DNA of 64,000 nt from Acholeplasmataceae bacterium (GTDB lineage Bacteria; Bacillota_I; Bacilli_A; Acholeplasmatales; Acholeplasmataceae). Below are positions 11,413 to 21,303 of this stretch, piece by piece (position 1 is the first letter of the stretch; every line of letters begins with the position of its first letter). A program made the position numbers and the translations under genes. Location: contig OY763415.1 of assembly GCA_963667565.1 (NCBI GenBank), forward strand, positions 1,504,001 through 1,568,000, read 5' to 3'. A model generated the notes under the pieces. That model worked only from the letters and a program-made list of their open reading frames with translations. It searched no databases and had not been told where the DNA came from.

Positions 11413-12564
11413 CTATAATTTGTGAGTTCCCTCTTCTGCTCTTATGGTATAAAATGTAGGTTTTATTTGTGTTAATGTTTCATACGATATCAACACTTGT
11501 GTAATAAATTTCTTAACTTTTTCTTTGTGCACTAATGCGAGCACACATCCACCAAGCATCGCGTAAATTTGTTTTACACTAAGTGCTTCATTTTCTAATG
11601 CGATATCAACCAATTGGTTTAATTCATCAAAATGAATTTCAAATTTTTCCATCGTTGAAATTCTTGATTCATTCATCAAATTTGAAAACATTTCTATATC
11701 AAAAACATCGAGTGCTTTCGCAGCTGTTTCTGTACGTTCATGTTCTAAAACAACGTGCTTAATGCGATTAAAAACTTGTTCGTTAACGAGCTTGCTCACA
11801 CTAACCAGCTCTTTGTCTTTCAACTCACATAATGTATTGATTTGATAGAGTGGTTTAATGACATCTGTTGCTCCTTGACACTCATTAAGTCTTACTGGAT
11901 ATAGTGCTTGTAGTAAGTCATTTTTGATATGTGGATCAATTAAAATGAGTTGATATTCTTGAAACTCACATGTAACAAATTCAAAATCAAGCGATTGTGT
12001 ATGAAGTAAAATAGCCTGATTTTTTCGTGCTTGAATAATACTAAATGTTTCAATAATACTGCTATTTTGTCCAACATATGATTCTTCAGCATATAAACCT
12101 ATTTGCGCAAGTTCTGTTTTATCTAATCTTAAATCGTATAGATCGTTCATCATCAGTGCTATAAGCATTTCAAGTGATGCACTATAGGACAATCCTACAC
12201 CCATAGGTATCATACTAGTAACATATAAATCAAATCCTTGATTAAATGAAATTTGCAATTGATAAAACCCTGCAATAATTCCTTTAATATAATCACTAAA
12301 CGGCGCATCTTCATCTTTAAAAAATACTTCCATATCAAATACATAAGGTGTACTTGATTGTTTCTCACAAAAAATATGAACTTCCATATCATCTCTAAGA
12401 GCAATCATACCATAAGTTCCTAATGAACTTGCACATGTTAAAACATCCCCACCATTAAAGTCTGTGAATGAACCCATTAAATTCACTTTACCTGGTGAAA
12501 AATAAGCCAGTCCATCTTCTCTTTGGTAAATTTCTCTAAACCTTTGAACGAGTAATTTTTTCAT
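11413..12564 (-). CDS. Galactokinase-like GHMP protein with degenerate catalytic motifs
   Basis: Full GalK layout, but PGKVNLMGSFTDFN, PMGVGLSYSA and SVKQIYAMLGG replace the canonical motifs; the ORF is intact. Confidence 0.8.
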   Translation of the reverse strand: MKKLLVQRFREIYQREDGLAYFSPGKVNLMGSFTDFNGGDVLTCASSLGTYGMIALRDDMEVHIFCEKQSSTPYVFDMEVFFKDEDAPFSDYIKGIIAGFYQLQISFNQGFDLYVTSMIPMGVGLSYSASLEMLIALMMNDLYDLRLDKTELAQIGLYAEESYVGQNSSIIETFSIIQARKNQAILLHTQSLDFEFVTCEFQEYQLILIDPHIKNDLLQALYPVRLNECQGATDVIKPLYQINTLCELKDKELVSVSKLVNEQVFNRIKHVVLEHERTETAAKALDVFDIEMFSNLMNESRISTMEKFEIHFDELNQLVDIALENEALSVKQIYAMLGGCVLALVHKEKVKKFITQVLISYETLTQIKPTFYTIRAEEGTHKL

Positions 12565-12676
12565 AAAAAGCCTCTTTTTCAGATTAGAAATAAATGATAA
12601 TAGATTTTTATATGTGTGTTTTGATTATATACTTAATTTTAGTTAATAATCAAGTCTAGATAAGTAAATAAATGTT

Positions 12677-12706
12677 AAAAAAAGCGAGCTTAAGATTGCT
12701 CGCTTT
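12677..12706 (-). terminator. Intrinsic terminator after the nuclease gene
   Basis: AAAGCGAGC..GCTCGCTTT inverted repeat with an A-run that reads as a U-tail on the minus strand. Confidence 0.7.
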
Positions 12707-12718
12707 AAATGTTCACAT

Positions 12719-13930
12719 TTAAGCCCAAGGAAGTGCTAAATGAGGTGTCCAAACTGGATCATGGGTTGCGTTTGAATAAGATTGATAATTCCAGTCTGGT
12801 GATTTTTCTCCATCTGGATTTGTTGGGTACCCATGTAAGCCCCATCCGTTTTCTCTTGCTCTTTGTTCAGCAAATCTTAAGAAAGTTAAGTATGGTACAT
12901 TCTTATATGTTAAGGCTAAATCATATGCGTCATATGATGATCCTACATCTTCCGTTAACCCTTCTGATACAATTAAGAATTGTGATAAATAACCATTAAT
13001 CCATACGAAACCTAAATTTCTACCATTTGATTCAGTAAGTGAATATCCTGGGACTGATTGAATTCTAATTTCTTTTTGACTTGAATCAATCAATAAAAAT
13101 TGTTTATTATATTTACTTGCTACATATCCCCATGGTTCTGCACTGACATAACTACCACCATCTACTTCTGGTGTATTAATATAGAAATATCTAAGTGATC
13201 CGCCTGGATAACCATTTAATGCATTAAAATAAGCTGTATCACCATCAGCAATACCTGATAATGTCGTTAATGCTGCACCACCTGCACCAATAGTTGCATT
13301 ATCTGGATCTTTATAAGGAAGTTCTAAATATCTTTCTTCTAATCTAGGTCCATCTAATAATTGATCAAGTGTTTTAATTTCATATGTTTCATTCTTTAAA
13401 TATTCGAAAACATCTGGAACATATGTAATAAAATTAAATTCATCATAAGTTGTTGATGGCGTAAACGCACTGACTTCACCAATTCTTATTAATGTTACAT
13501 CAAGTGCAAATGAAATATCCATCCCCGTATAACCTAGAAAATCGATGATTGTATCCTTTTTAACGACAGCGATGGCATCATTACCATTAAATGGCAAAGA
13601 ACCTTCAGAATAAGCAAAATTAGACGCTGCTAGCACTTGTGCATCAGTTGCTGTTGATCCTGTAATCTCAAAATAACTGTTTGCTGCAATAGTTCCACTT
13701 AAAGCAAATGTTTTTTGTGGTTCAGTTGCTCCATTTGTAAATACTCGAATTGTATAGTCAGATAAATCTTCATCTACATCTGAATTGTTATATAACTCAA
13801 TGACATTATTTGCCTGGCTTGTAGCATCATATAATTTTGATACAACAACTGGCGAAGTTACTTCTTGCTGACATGCAGAGATAAATCCTGCAAATACAAA
13901 CACAATAAGCAATGTAAGTATTTTTTTCAT
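12719..13930 (-). CDS. Lipoprotein with lamin-tail domain and thermonuclease (SNase) domain
   Basis: Lipobox ISAC; LTD motifs IELYNNS...DLSDY and FNGNDAI; SNase motifs DGDT, RYFYINTPE, GRNLGFVW, AEQRARENGWGLH. Confidence 0.85.
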   Translation of the reverse strand: MKKILTLLIVFVFAGFISACQQEVTSPVVVSKLYDATSQANNVIELYNNSDVDEDLSDYTIRVFTNGATEPQKTFALSGTIAANSYFEITGSTATDAQVLAASNFAYSEGSLPFNGNDAIAVVKKDTIIDFLGYTGMDISFALDVTLIRIGEVSAFTPSTTYDEFNFITYVPDVFEYLKNETYEIKTLDQLLDGPRLEERYLELPYKDPDNATIGAGGAALTTLSGIADGDTAYFNALNGYPGGSLRYFYINTPEVDGGSYVSAEPWGYVASKYNKQFLLIDSSQKEIRIQSVPGYSLTESNGRNLGFVWINGYLSQFLIVSEGLTEDVGSSYDAYDLALTYKNVPYLTFLRFAEQRARENGWGLHGYPTNPDGEKSPDWNYQSYSNATHDPVWTPHLALPWA

Positions 13931-13942
13931 TTATTGTTCTCC

Positions 13943-14935
13943 TTAAAGCGGTTTAGAGTCTTCGTCTCTAAATTTATTTTTTAAAGCTTCTTGTTCAGCT
14001 TCATATTGCTGCTTCTTAAGCTCTTTTTTATCTTTTAAATTTCTTCTAACATATTTATGAATAAATAAGAAATACGTGATAGGGAGCAACACAAGCAATT
14101 CATAGATTGCAAATTTGAAGTAATAACTATTATACGTCATAAGCGTTTCTAGCCAAGTTGCATCATAATAGATATTTGCATTATCTTTGAATGCTGTTAA
14201 TCCATAAACACTAAATATGTCGATATTTGTTGGTGTTACTTGATTAATGTTTCTATTGAATGTTGAAGCAAATGTATCATTAGGTACAATCGTAAGTTTA
14301 TCTGCATTGTATAATGTTACAAAATTAACTTCGTCTCCCGAGATTAGTGTATATGTGATATCAATTCTCTCAATTTCAGCAACACCTGCGGTTGTTTCAA
14401 AATAATTGGTGTTAAGTAAAATAAGTTTTGTTTGATCATCATAAGCTGTTACAAACGTCTCATTAAATGTACTTGCTGTAAAATCATTAATTGTGATAGG
14501 TCGATCAAATGTGATGTTTGCATTTAATGTATGATAGTTATTGCTGTCAACATACGCATCATCATTACTTAACTCAATATCTTTTAATAAAATAACAATG
14601 GAATTATGTGCTTCATCGCCTTTATATTCTACAAGTGTATAAATAGATACTTGCACGTGTTGTTCAGTTGCACTTATATCAAATGTTTCTTCATAAAGTG
14701 GTGTATTTAGAATATACACATCTGTACCATCGTGACTGTTTGCAATCACTGTTGCAGCTAAAAAGGGTAGTGGTTCATCTTGTATCATTTCTTGCTGATC
14801 TTTTAAATAATCAACTACAATTGCTGCTTCACTAAACATAGCAACAAGATATGATAAAAAGATTACAAATAGTAGATAGATAATAATTTTTATCCAACGG
14901 TTCATATATATCATCCGATCGAAATAGTCAGTCAT
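13943..14935 (-). CDS. Hypothetical membrane protein with a large extracytoplasmic loop
   Basis: N- and C-terminal TM helices around ~230 acidic residues, basic C-terminal tail; stop lies 12 nt before the nuclease gene start; own start uncertain. Confidence 0.75.
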   Translation of the reverse strand: MTDYFDRMIYMNRWIKIIIYLLFVIFLSYLVAMFSEAAIVVDYLKDQQEMIQDEPLPFLAATVIANSHDGTDVYILNTPLYEETFDISATEQHVQVSIYTLVEYKGDEAHNSIVILLKDIELSNDDAYVDSNNYHTLNANITFDRPITINDFTASTFNETFVTAYDDQTKLILLNTNYFETTAGVAEIERIDITYTLISGDEVNFVTLYNADKLTIVPNDTFASTFNRNINQVTPTNIDIFSVYGLTAFKDNANIYYDATWLETLMTYNSYYFKFAIYELLVLLPITYFLFIHKYVRRNLKDKKELKKQQYEAEQEALKNKFRDEDSKPL

Positions 14936-14960
14936 GATTTATAAATCATGCAGTATATTT

Positions 14961-14989
14961 ATTATAACGCAAACCTATAGTTTTTACAA
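14961..14989 (-). promoter_or_regulatory. Sigma-A type promoter for the membrane protein and nuclease genes
   Basis: TTGTAA-17 nt-TATAAT. Confidence 0.55.
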
Positions 14990-15001
14990 ACTTTGAGAAA
15001 C

Positions 15002-15029
15002 AAAAAAGGAATGAGAAAACTCATTCCTT
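15002..15029 (-). terminator. Intrinsic terminator after the 954-aa lipoprotein gene
   Basis: AAGGAATGAG-AAAA-CTCATTCCTT perfect 10-bp stem plus U-run on the minus strand. Confidence 0.8.
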
Positions 15030-15065
15030 ATATTTGTTATTTTTATATCAACTTTTTCTACTTAA

Positions 15066-17930
15066 TTAAGAAGCAGTTGGAATGTAAGAACAAATTTGTG
15101 TAATGTCTTGACCTGTTTGAGTTGATGTCCATTGAACTGAAGGATCAAACTCTGCTGGATTGACTGTAACACCTGCTAAAACAGTGTTATTTCTAATCAA
15201 TACCATATTAGCAGTTGAGACACCATTAGTAGCTACCCAAGCTGAACCTGGATCAACACCAATGACACCAATGATATCAACATATGCCCAAGTTGTACCA
15301 CCATCAGTAGTCTTTTGTAAGAATATTGCATCATCTCCATTGAAATATGCAAATGAACTACCATCAACACCTGATGCAGGTGTAGGAATCATTACAGTTG
15401 CTTTAGCATTTGCAGTGTATGCAGCTAAAATTGTTGGGTCTGTATCTGGATTATAAACAACTGCAAATTCACCATTTTGTAATGTACCACTTAAACCTAA
15501 AATATAAGTTCCAGTTAAATCGCCAGCTTCTAATGATTTACCATTATTACCTTGTGCAATACGATAATTTGATAAATCAACTGCAGCGCCAGTACCATTA
15601 TAAATTTCTACTAATTTACTGTTTCCAGTTGAAGCTTCCATATAAAGTGTAATTAATAAATCTGCAGTAGTAGCTGAAGCTGGTTCTGGAGTTGTAACTG
15701 CGACTACAAAGTCTACTGTTAATGTTTCAGTTCCTTTTGTTAATGTTGCTGTTAAACCAATTTCATAAGTACCAGGAGTTACGTTTAATGTAACTGCACC
15801 AGTTGCTAAATCAATTAATGAATTGTCAGCATCATTAGCATCAGTATAAGCCCAAGCGATTGTAGAACCATTAGTTCCACTTGTTGGAAGTGTGATTGTA
15901 CCTTCTTGTGAGAAAGCTGTTGTGATTGAAAGTTCTTTAGAATCTAACAATACATAATTAGCATCTGTTAATGTAGGAGCAGCACCTGCAAAATATTGAG
16001 TTCCATCAGAAACTGTTAATAATGGGTTATTGCTTGCCCAACCAAGAATTGCACCTTCAAATGATACATAATCATCAACTGCAACTGCTTGTAAGAAAGT
16101 CATATTTTCTACTGAAGTACGGCTATCCCACTTAAAGTTAATTGTGTTACCATTAGTTTCATCTAATAATGTCATTGTGATATTACCATATGAATCTGTT
16201 GCATATGCAGTAACTTTTAAGTTTTCAGCAGTAACTCTAGTTGATTGATAAGGAAGTAATGTAGTTGCATCCCAAACTGCTAATGTTTGTAAATCAAACG
16301 CTGCAGGAAGATCAACTGCACCTAAATCAGTCACTGTAAATGAAGTTAATTGTTCAAAACCATTATAAGCACCAGTAACACCAATAACTTCTACACTGTG
16401 ACCAACTAATGCAGCTAAATCAGTAACACCAGCACTATTATATAGTGAAACACCACCTGTAGCATCTTGGATAGAAACTGTATTATTAGCACTATATCCT
16501 AATATAACACCTTGGACTCTAACTGTAACGCCATTATCTAAAGCAGTAGCATCAGCAATTGTGCTAAGTGGATATTCACCAATCTTAAGTGTAAATGTAA
16601 GAACGATATCATCTAAACCAGCGAATGAAACTGTAGCAGTAATACCAACAGTCACTTGTTCACCAGTTGGAACAGTAACAGCACCTGTAGCTAAATCAAC
16701 ATATGAGTTAGCTGCGTTATTAGCATCTGTAAATGCCCAAGCAATTGTTGAACCATTAGCACCAGCAGTTGGTAAATCTAATGTAACAGCTTCTGTAGTT
16801 GATTCTGGAAGTGATAATGAAGCAGCATCAATTGATTGTTTTTCAGCATCTGTTAAGTTTGCAGTAATGCCATCAGCACCACCAACATAGTAAATAGCAA
16901 ATGCGTTGTTATTTGTACGGTAAGTATAAATAACGACATCAATTGTAACTTCAATACCATCATATAATCTTAAATCGTTTAAATTATTAGTATGATAATA
17001 TACCATGAAACCTTGTGCAGGAGTATCAGCTGAGCCTACAGTAAATGCAGTAGCATCTGAACTAATAATATAAGTGTTATAGTTTGAATCATCACCAGGG
17101 ATCACATAAACTTTACCTGTGATTGAAGCATAGATTGGTTCAAATGCACCATCAGCAACACTTGGATGATTATTTTCACCAGCTGTAAGTAAAGCATCAA
17201 TATATCCACTTACATTAGTGATTGCTTCTTTAGTTGGAGCTTGGAAAGTAGCACCAGTTTGTTCAGTTGCAGTTGATTTAGTGATTTCCCATAAACCATA
17301 GTACCAATCAATAGTACCAGCAACAGTATAAACTTTACCGACTTCCATGTCAGCGCTTGCGCCACCATATACTTCAATAACGCCAGTTCCATCATATGCA
17401 AACACAGCATCATCACCAGCAGCAAATACTGATAAGTTTTCAATAGTTACATTATATGTACCATCATATTCACTATCAACAACAGCTAAGATATCAGCAA
17501 CAGTTTCAATTGAAATTTCAGCAACTGTATTTTCTTTAACTGTTAAAGTGATTGTGAAAGTGTCAGTTAACATATCATCAGATAATTCTGATTTGATTGA
17601 TAATGCAGCAGTAACTACAACAGTAGCATCTCCATCACCAAGAGCAGGTCTATTAACTGTACCTGTAACTAAACCAGCATCTGGAGTACCAAAAGCGATA
17701 ACACCAGGTTCATCTGAAGTCCATGTAGCTGTAACAGCACCATTTAATAATGATGTTGGAACAGTAATGTTATTTGTTATATTACTTGGATCACTAAATA
17801 CACCGTTAAGTGAAGTTTTCGCAGATGCAAGTGTAGCGATGGAACCATCAACTGGTTCTTCTTTATCACCGCATGAAACAAGTACTAACCCCATGACAAG
17901 AATTGATAAAATAAACAATACTTTTTTCAT
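15066..17930 (-). CDS. Large surface lipoprotein: three Ig-like repeats, OB-fold-like modules and a C-terminal lamin-tail domain
   Basis: Lipobox LVSC; repeats LPT.G.NGSTIAWA; OB-like VRVQGVI...IQDATGGVSLY...VEVIG..GAYNG; LTD KLVEIYNGTGAAVDLSNY...FNGDDAI. Confidence 0.8.
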   Translation of the reverse strand: MKKVLFILSILVMGLVLVSCGDKEEPVDGSIATLASAKTSLNGVFSDPSNITNNITVPTSLLNGAVTATWTSDEPGVIAFGTPDAGLVTGTVNRPALGDGDATVVVTAALSIKSELSDDMLTDTFTITLTVKENTVAEISIETVADILAVVDSEYDGTYNVTIENLSVFAAGDDAVFAYDGTGVIEVYGGASADMEVGKVYTVAGTIDWYYGLWEITKSTATEQTGATFQAPTKEAITNVSGYIDALLTAGENNHPSVADGAFEPIYASITGKVYVIPGDDSNYNTYIISSDATAFTVGSADTPAQGFMVYYHTNNLNDLRLYDGIEVTIDVVIYTYRTNNNAFAIYYVGGADGITANLTDAEKQSIDAASLSLPESTTEAVTLDLPTAGANGSTIAWAFTDANNAANSYVDLATGAVTVPTGEQVTVGITATVSFAGLDDIVLTFTLKIGEYPLSTIADATALDNGVTVRVQGVILGYSANNTVSIQDATGGVSLYNSAGVTDLAALVGHSVEVIGVTGAYNGFEQLTSFTVTDLGAVDLPAAFDLQTLAVWDATTLLPYQSTRVTAENLKVTAYATDSYGNITMTLLDETNGNTINFKWDSRTSVENMTFLQAVAVDDYVSFEGAILGWASNNPLLTVSDGTQYFAGAAPTLTDANYVLLDSKELSITTAFSQEGTITLPTSGTNGSTIAWAYTDANDADNSLIDLATGAVTLNVTPGTYEIGLTATLTKGTETLTVDFVVAVTTPEPASATTADLLITLYMEASTGNSKLVEIYNGTGAAVDLSNYRIAQGNNGKSLEAGDLTGTYILGLSGTLQNGEFAVVYNPDTDPTILAAYTANAKATVMIPTPASGVDGSSFAYFNGDDAIFLQKTTDGGTTWAYVDIIGVIGVDPGSAWVATNGVSTANMVLIRNNTVLAGVTVNPAEFDPSVQWTSTQTGQDITQICSYIPTAS

Positions 17931-17974
17931 TCATTTTCTCCTTAATAATTTTTTATATAAATTTGATTTATATA

Positions 17975-19402
17975 TTAGTTCGTAATGAAATCGTAACTAT
18001 CTTGATATTGTTCATCAATATAAGTATCGATTTCTGCTTGCGTTCCTTTGAACGCCAAAATCTTAACAAGTAATGCGCCAACTTCTGTTCTAGTCTTAGA
18101 ACTTAAGTTAAATACTGCAGATGTAAAGAAAATATCGTCATTATTTAAGAAAATTTCAATAGCTTCTTTAACAAGTTTGTTTTGAGCATCAACTTTAGTT
18201 GTTGGGTTTTCTTCGATGTTACTTAAATAGTTTGTCCATAAAGTCGTTTCGTAAGCTGAATATCTTACTGGAGCATATCCTGAAGGGATTGAGAATTCAG
18301 CAGTTTTTTCTGGTGATACCATATATTTAGCGAATAACCATGCAGCGATCATTCTTTGTTCATCACCATTGTTGAATAAGTTAATATTTGGTCCTTGTTG
18401 GATTTGTTGTCTGTTTGTAGCTTCTTTAGCAGGAAGTGGTGCAACACCAACTTGGAAAGATGTTTTAGCATCAGTATAACTTGGTACGTTATAACGAGTA
18501 CCACCAGTTGAACCAACTAGCATGTATAATTTTTCACCTGTGTTAAATGTATCTGAAGAATAGGCTTCACCATTTAATGTTCTAGTGATCATTAAACCGC
18601 GATCAAGTTTATCTTTGAAATATTTAACCATTTCTTTTGAAGTATCATTGTTAAATTGAACTTCACCTTGACCAGTTAAAGCATTGTATCCAGTGTATGG
18701 AGCGTCCCATTGTGCTGAACCAGTGATAAATAAATTATCTTCTGAGTCATAACCAAATGGAATTGCTTCTGGTTCTCTTGATTTAATATCTTCAGCGATT
18801 GCGAATACTTCATCCCAAGTTGTTGGAACTGAATATCCATGTTCTGCAAAGTAAGTTGCATTATAATAGAATGCTTCACTTGATTTAGTGAATGGTAATG
18901 AAAGGATTGTTCCTGCATTATCATAACTTTGGCCTTCTGCCCATAAACCTGGTAAGAAGTCAGCAATTTCTTCATCTGTATAACCAATATTTGGGTTACT
19001 AATAAAGTAATTTAATGCTAAAGGTGCATTTGCAGATGCATATCTTGCAATATGGTCTGGATAGCTTTCAGCGATATCGGGTGCAGTACCAGCTGGAATC
19101 GCAAGTGCGATTTTATCTGATAAAGAAGTGTAGTCTGCTGCTGCTTTTTCTTCAACAACAGTGATATTTGGATAAATTGCTTCGAATTCTGTAATCCATT
19201 GATCAACTAACAATTGACTTGATGCCCCCATACGGTGCCAAAAAGTAATTGTAGTATTTTGAGTTGTGTCTAAATTTGCATCAGCTGCTAATTCATACCA
19301 CTCAACCATTTTTGCACTAGTATCAGTTGTACGGTCTCCACCGCATGAAACTAAAAATAATGCCGTTACTACTAGTAATCCTAGGAATAATATTTTTTTC
19401 AT
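17975..19402 (-). CDS. ABC transporter substrate-binding lipoprotein (CUT1 type)
   Basis: Lipobox LVSC, ITFWHRM, PDIAESYPD, SLPFTKSSE, QQGPNI, GYAPVR. Confidence 0.9.
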   Translation of the reverse strand: MKKILFLGLLVVTALFLVSCGGDRTTDTSAKMVEWYELAADANLDTTQNTTITFWHRMGASSQLLVDQWITEFEAIYPNITVVEEKAAADYTSLSDKIALAIPAGTAPDIAESYPDHIARYASANAPLALNYFISNPNIGYTDEEIADFLPGLWAEGQSYDNAGTILSLPFTKSSEAFYYNATYFAEHGYSVPTTWDEVFAIAEDIKSREPEAIPFGYDSEDNLFITGSAQWDAPYTGYNALTGQGEVQFNNDTSKEMVKYFKDKLDRGLMITRTLNGEAYSSDTFNTGEKLYMLVGSTGGTRYNVPSYTDAKTSFQVGVAPLPAKEATNRQQIQQGPNINLFNNGDEQRMIAAWLFAKYMVSPEKTAEFSIPSGYAPVRYSAYETTLWTNYLSNIEENPTTKVDAQNKLVKEAIEIFLNNDDIFFTSAVFNLSSKTRTEVGALLVKILAFKGTQAEIDTYIDEQYQDSYDFITN

Positions 19403-19431
19403 AGTCTCTCCTTTTATCTTTAATATTATTT

Positions 19432-20367
19432 TTATCCTTTAACACCACTTCTAGAAACACCACTCATGATGTATTTTCTAAAGAAAATAAAGAGTAGAAG
19501 TAGTGGGACTGTTACGATAACAGTTGCTGCCATTTGGTAGTTTGTGAGTAATCTACCTGAACCTGTTTCAGCTTGATCGACGAATGAACTTCTTAACCAA
19601 GTTGTAACGAGTTTATATTTTTCATTGGCAACGATATCTGGCCAAATATATGCATTCCATGCACCCATCAACTTAAGGATGACAATGGTAACGATACTAC
19701 TTTTAGCCATTGGAACCATCACTTTCCATAAATACTTGAAATCATGACATCCATCGACTTTTGCTGCATAATATAGTTCATTTGGAATTTGTCTAAATGT
19801 TTGTCTTAATAAATATATGTGGAATATTGAGACAAGGAAAGGAATAATCATTGCAAGGTATGAACCAATACCATCATCATTAACCCAACCAAATCTTGAT
19901 ACTGTGATGTAGTTAGAAATAACCATCATTTCACCAGGAATCATCATTGTAGCTAGTAAAATTGTGAAAATAAATTCTCTACCTTTAAAGTTTAGTCTTG
20001 CTAACGCAAAAGCAACTAAAATTGAGAAAAATGTTCCACCAATTGTTGAGAATACTGCAACAATCCCAGTGTTTAATAAATATCTAGGAAACGCGATGCT
20101 TCCTTGTGAAGATAAAGAATAAAAGAATACGTTCACGTAGTTTTGAGGTGAGAAAACTTTTGGAAATAAACTGACATTTAATGAGTTTAATACTTCATCA
20201 CTACTTTGAAACGATACATTAAGCATCCAATAGAATGGAATTAAGATGGCAACTGCCATAAATGCTAAGAATGCGTAAGTTGCGATTTTACCAAAGACAT
20301 GTGCTGTCTTTTGTCTTTTTAACTTTGTGTTTTCGCTATAATCAGCGACGATCATTGTACTTTGCAT
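19432..20367 (-). CDS. CUT1 ABC permease (MalG/UgpE-like)
   Basis: EAA-type loop IPNELYYAAKVDG, WNAYIWP, multiple TM helices. Confidence 0.93.
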   Translation of the reverse strand: MQSTMIVADYSENTKLKRQKTAHVFGKIATYAFLAFMAVAILIPFYWMLNVSFQSSDEVLNSLNVSLFPKVFSPQNYVNVFFYSLSSQGSIAFPRYLLNTGIVAVFSTIGGTFFSILVAFALARLNFKGREFIFTILLATMMIPGEMMVISNYITVSRFGWVNDDGIGSYLAMIIPFLVSIFHIYLLRQTFRQIPNELYYAAKVDGCHDFKYLWKVMVPMAKSSIVTIVILKLMGAWNAYIWPDIVANEKYKLVTTWLRSSFVDQAETGSGRLLTNYQMAATVIVTVPLLLLFIFFRKYIMSGVSRSGVKG

Positions 20368-20376
20368 GGCAACCTC

Positions 20377-21303
20377 CTAGTAATGTACTCTTCTTTTACT
20401 TACTTGTAAATTAATATAAGTAAATATCAAGATGATGATAAATAATATAACGGCTGCTGCTGCACCTTTAGAATAATATGAAACTAAATTAGGATCTAAA
20501 CCTGTAATTCCAATTTTGTCATAGACGTATGCAACAACTGTCCAACGGTTTCTATCAAGAGAACGTCCTGTTGTACCTGCAACGGCTAAAACATGTTCAT
20601 ATGATTTAAAGGCACCAATGAATGATGTAATCAAAATATAACTAATGAGTGGTGATAATAGTGGAATAGTGATTCTCCACAATACTCTTCTTTTTGGCGT
20701 AGAGTCAATTTTTGCTGCATCATAATATTGTTTGGATATGTTTTGTAAACCACCAATGAATACTAAGATTTTAAATGCTAAACCGCTCCAAATAGAGTAT
20801 AACAACACAACAAACATCCAATGATCTTTCGTTGCGGTTACACCAACCCAGTCAATACTTGTCTTAAAGATTGTATTAATCAAACCTTCAGCTGAAATAC
20901 CTGATATTTGTGGATGCGAGAACATAACACTAAATACCATCCCAATAGCTAATGCATTGGTTACATAGGGTAAGAAAAAGACTGTTTGGAATATTTTTTG
21001 TAATGGCTTGATTGAGTTAAGTGCAACTGCAATTAACAATGCAAGTGCTGTTGATACAGGCACTGACACAAATACAAGCAACAATGTATTCCCAATAGAT
21101 GATCTGAAATATGGATCCATGATCACCACACGATAAGCTTCTAAATCAAAGAAGTCTCCAAATTGATCTCCAATGACGTTATATTGCGAAAATAGAGATA
21201 CTAATACTGTTTTAATGAGTGGGTAAAACGTAAATACCGTTAGTAATAGCAACGGAATCGCGAGATACAACCACGCTTTTCGATCGTTTTTATTCTCTAA
21301 CAT
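20377..21303 (-). CDS. CUT1 ABC permease (MalF/UgpA-like)
   Basis: FFLPYVT, GLQNISKQYYDAAKIDS, ITIPLLSP. Confidence 0.93.
   Translation of the reverse strand: MLENKNDRKAWLYLAIPLLLLTVFTFYPLIKTVLVSLFSQYNVIGDQFGDFFDLEAYRVVIMDPYFRSSIGNTLLLVFVSVPVSTALALLIAVALNSIKPLQKIFQTVFFLPYVTNALAIGMVFSVMFSHPQISGISAEGLINTIFKTSIDWVGVTATKDHWMFVVLLYSIWSGLAFKILVFIGGLQNISKQYYDAAKIDSTPKRRVLWRITIPLLSPLISYILITSFIGAFKSYEHVLAVAGTTGRSLDRNRWTVVAYVYDKIGITGLDPNLVSYYSKGAAAAVILFIIILIFTYINLQVSKRRVHY

Noticed and set aside
17347..17985. 212-aa plus-strand ORF (also 15160-15456 and 16561-16890)
   Set aside because: Antisense shadows of the codon-biased 954-aa lipoprotein gene; no RBS or recognisable motifs
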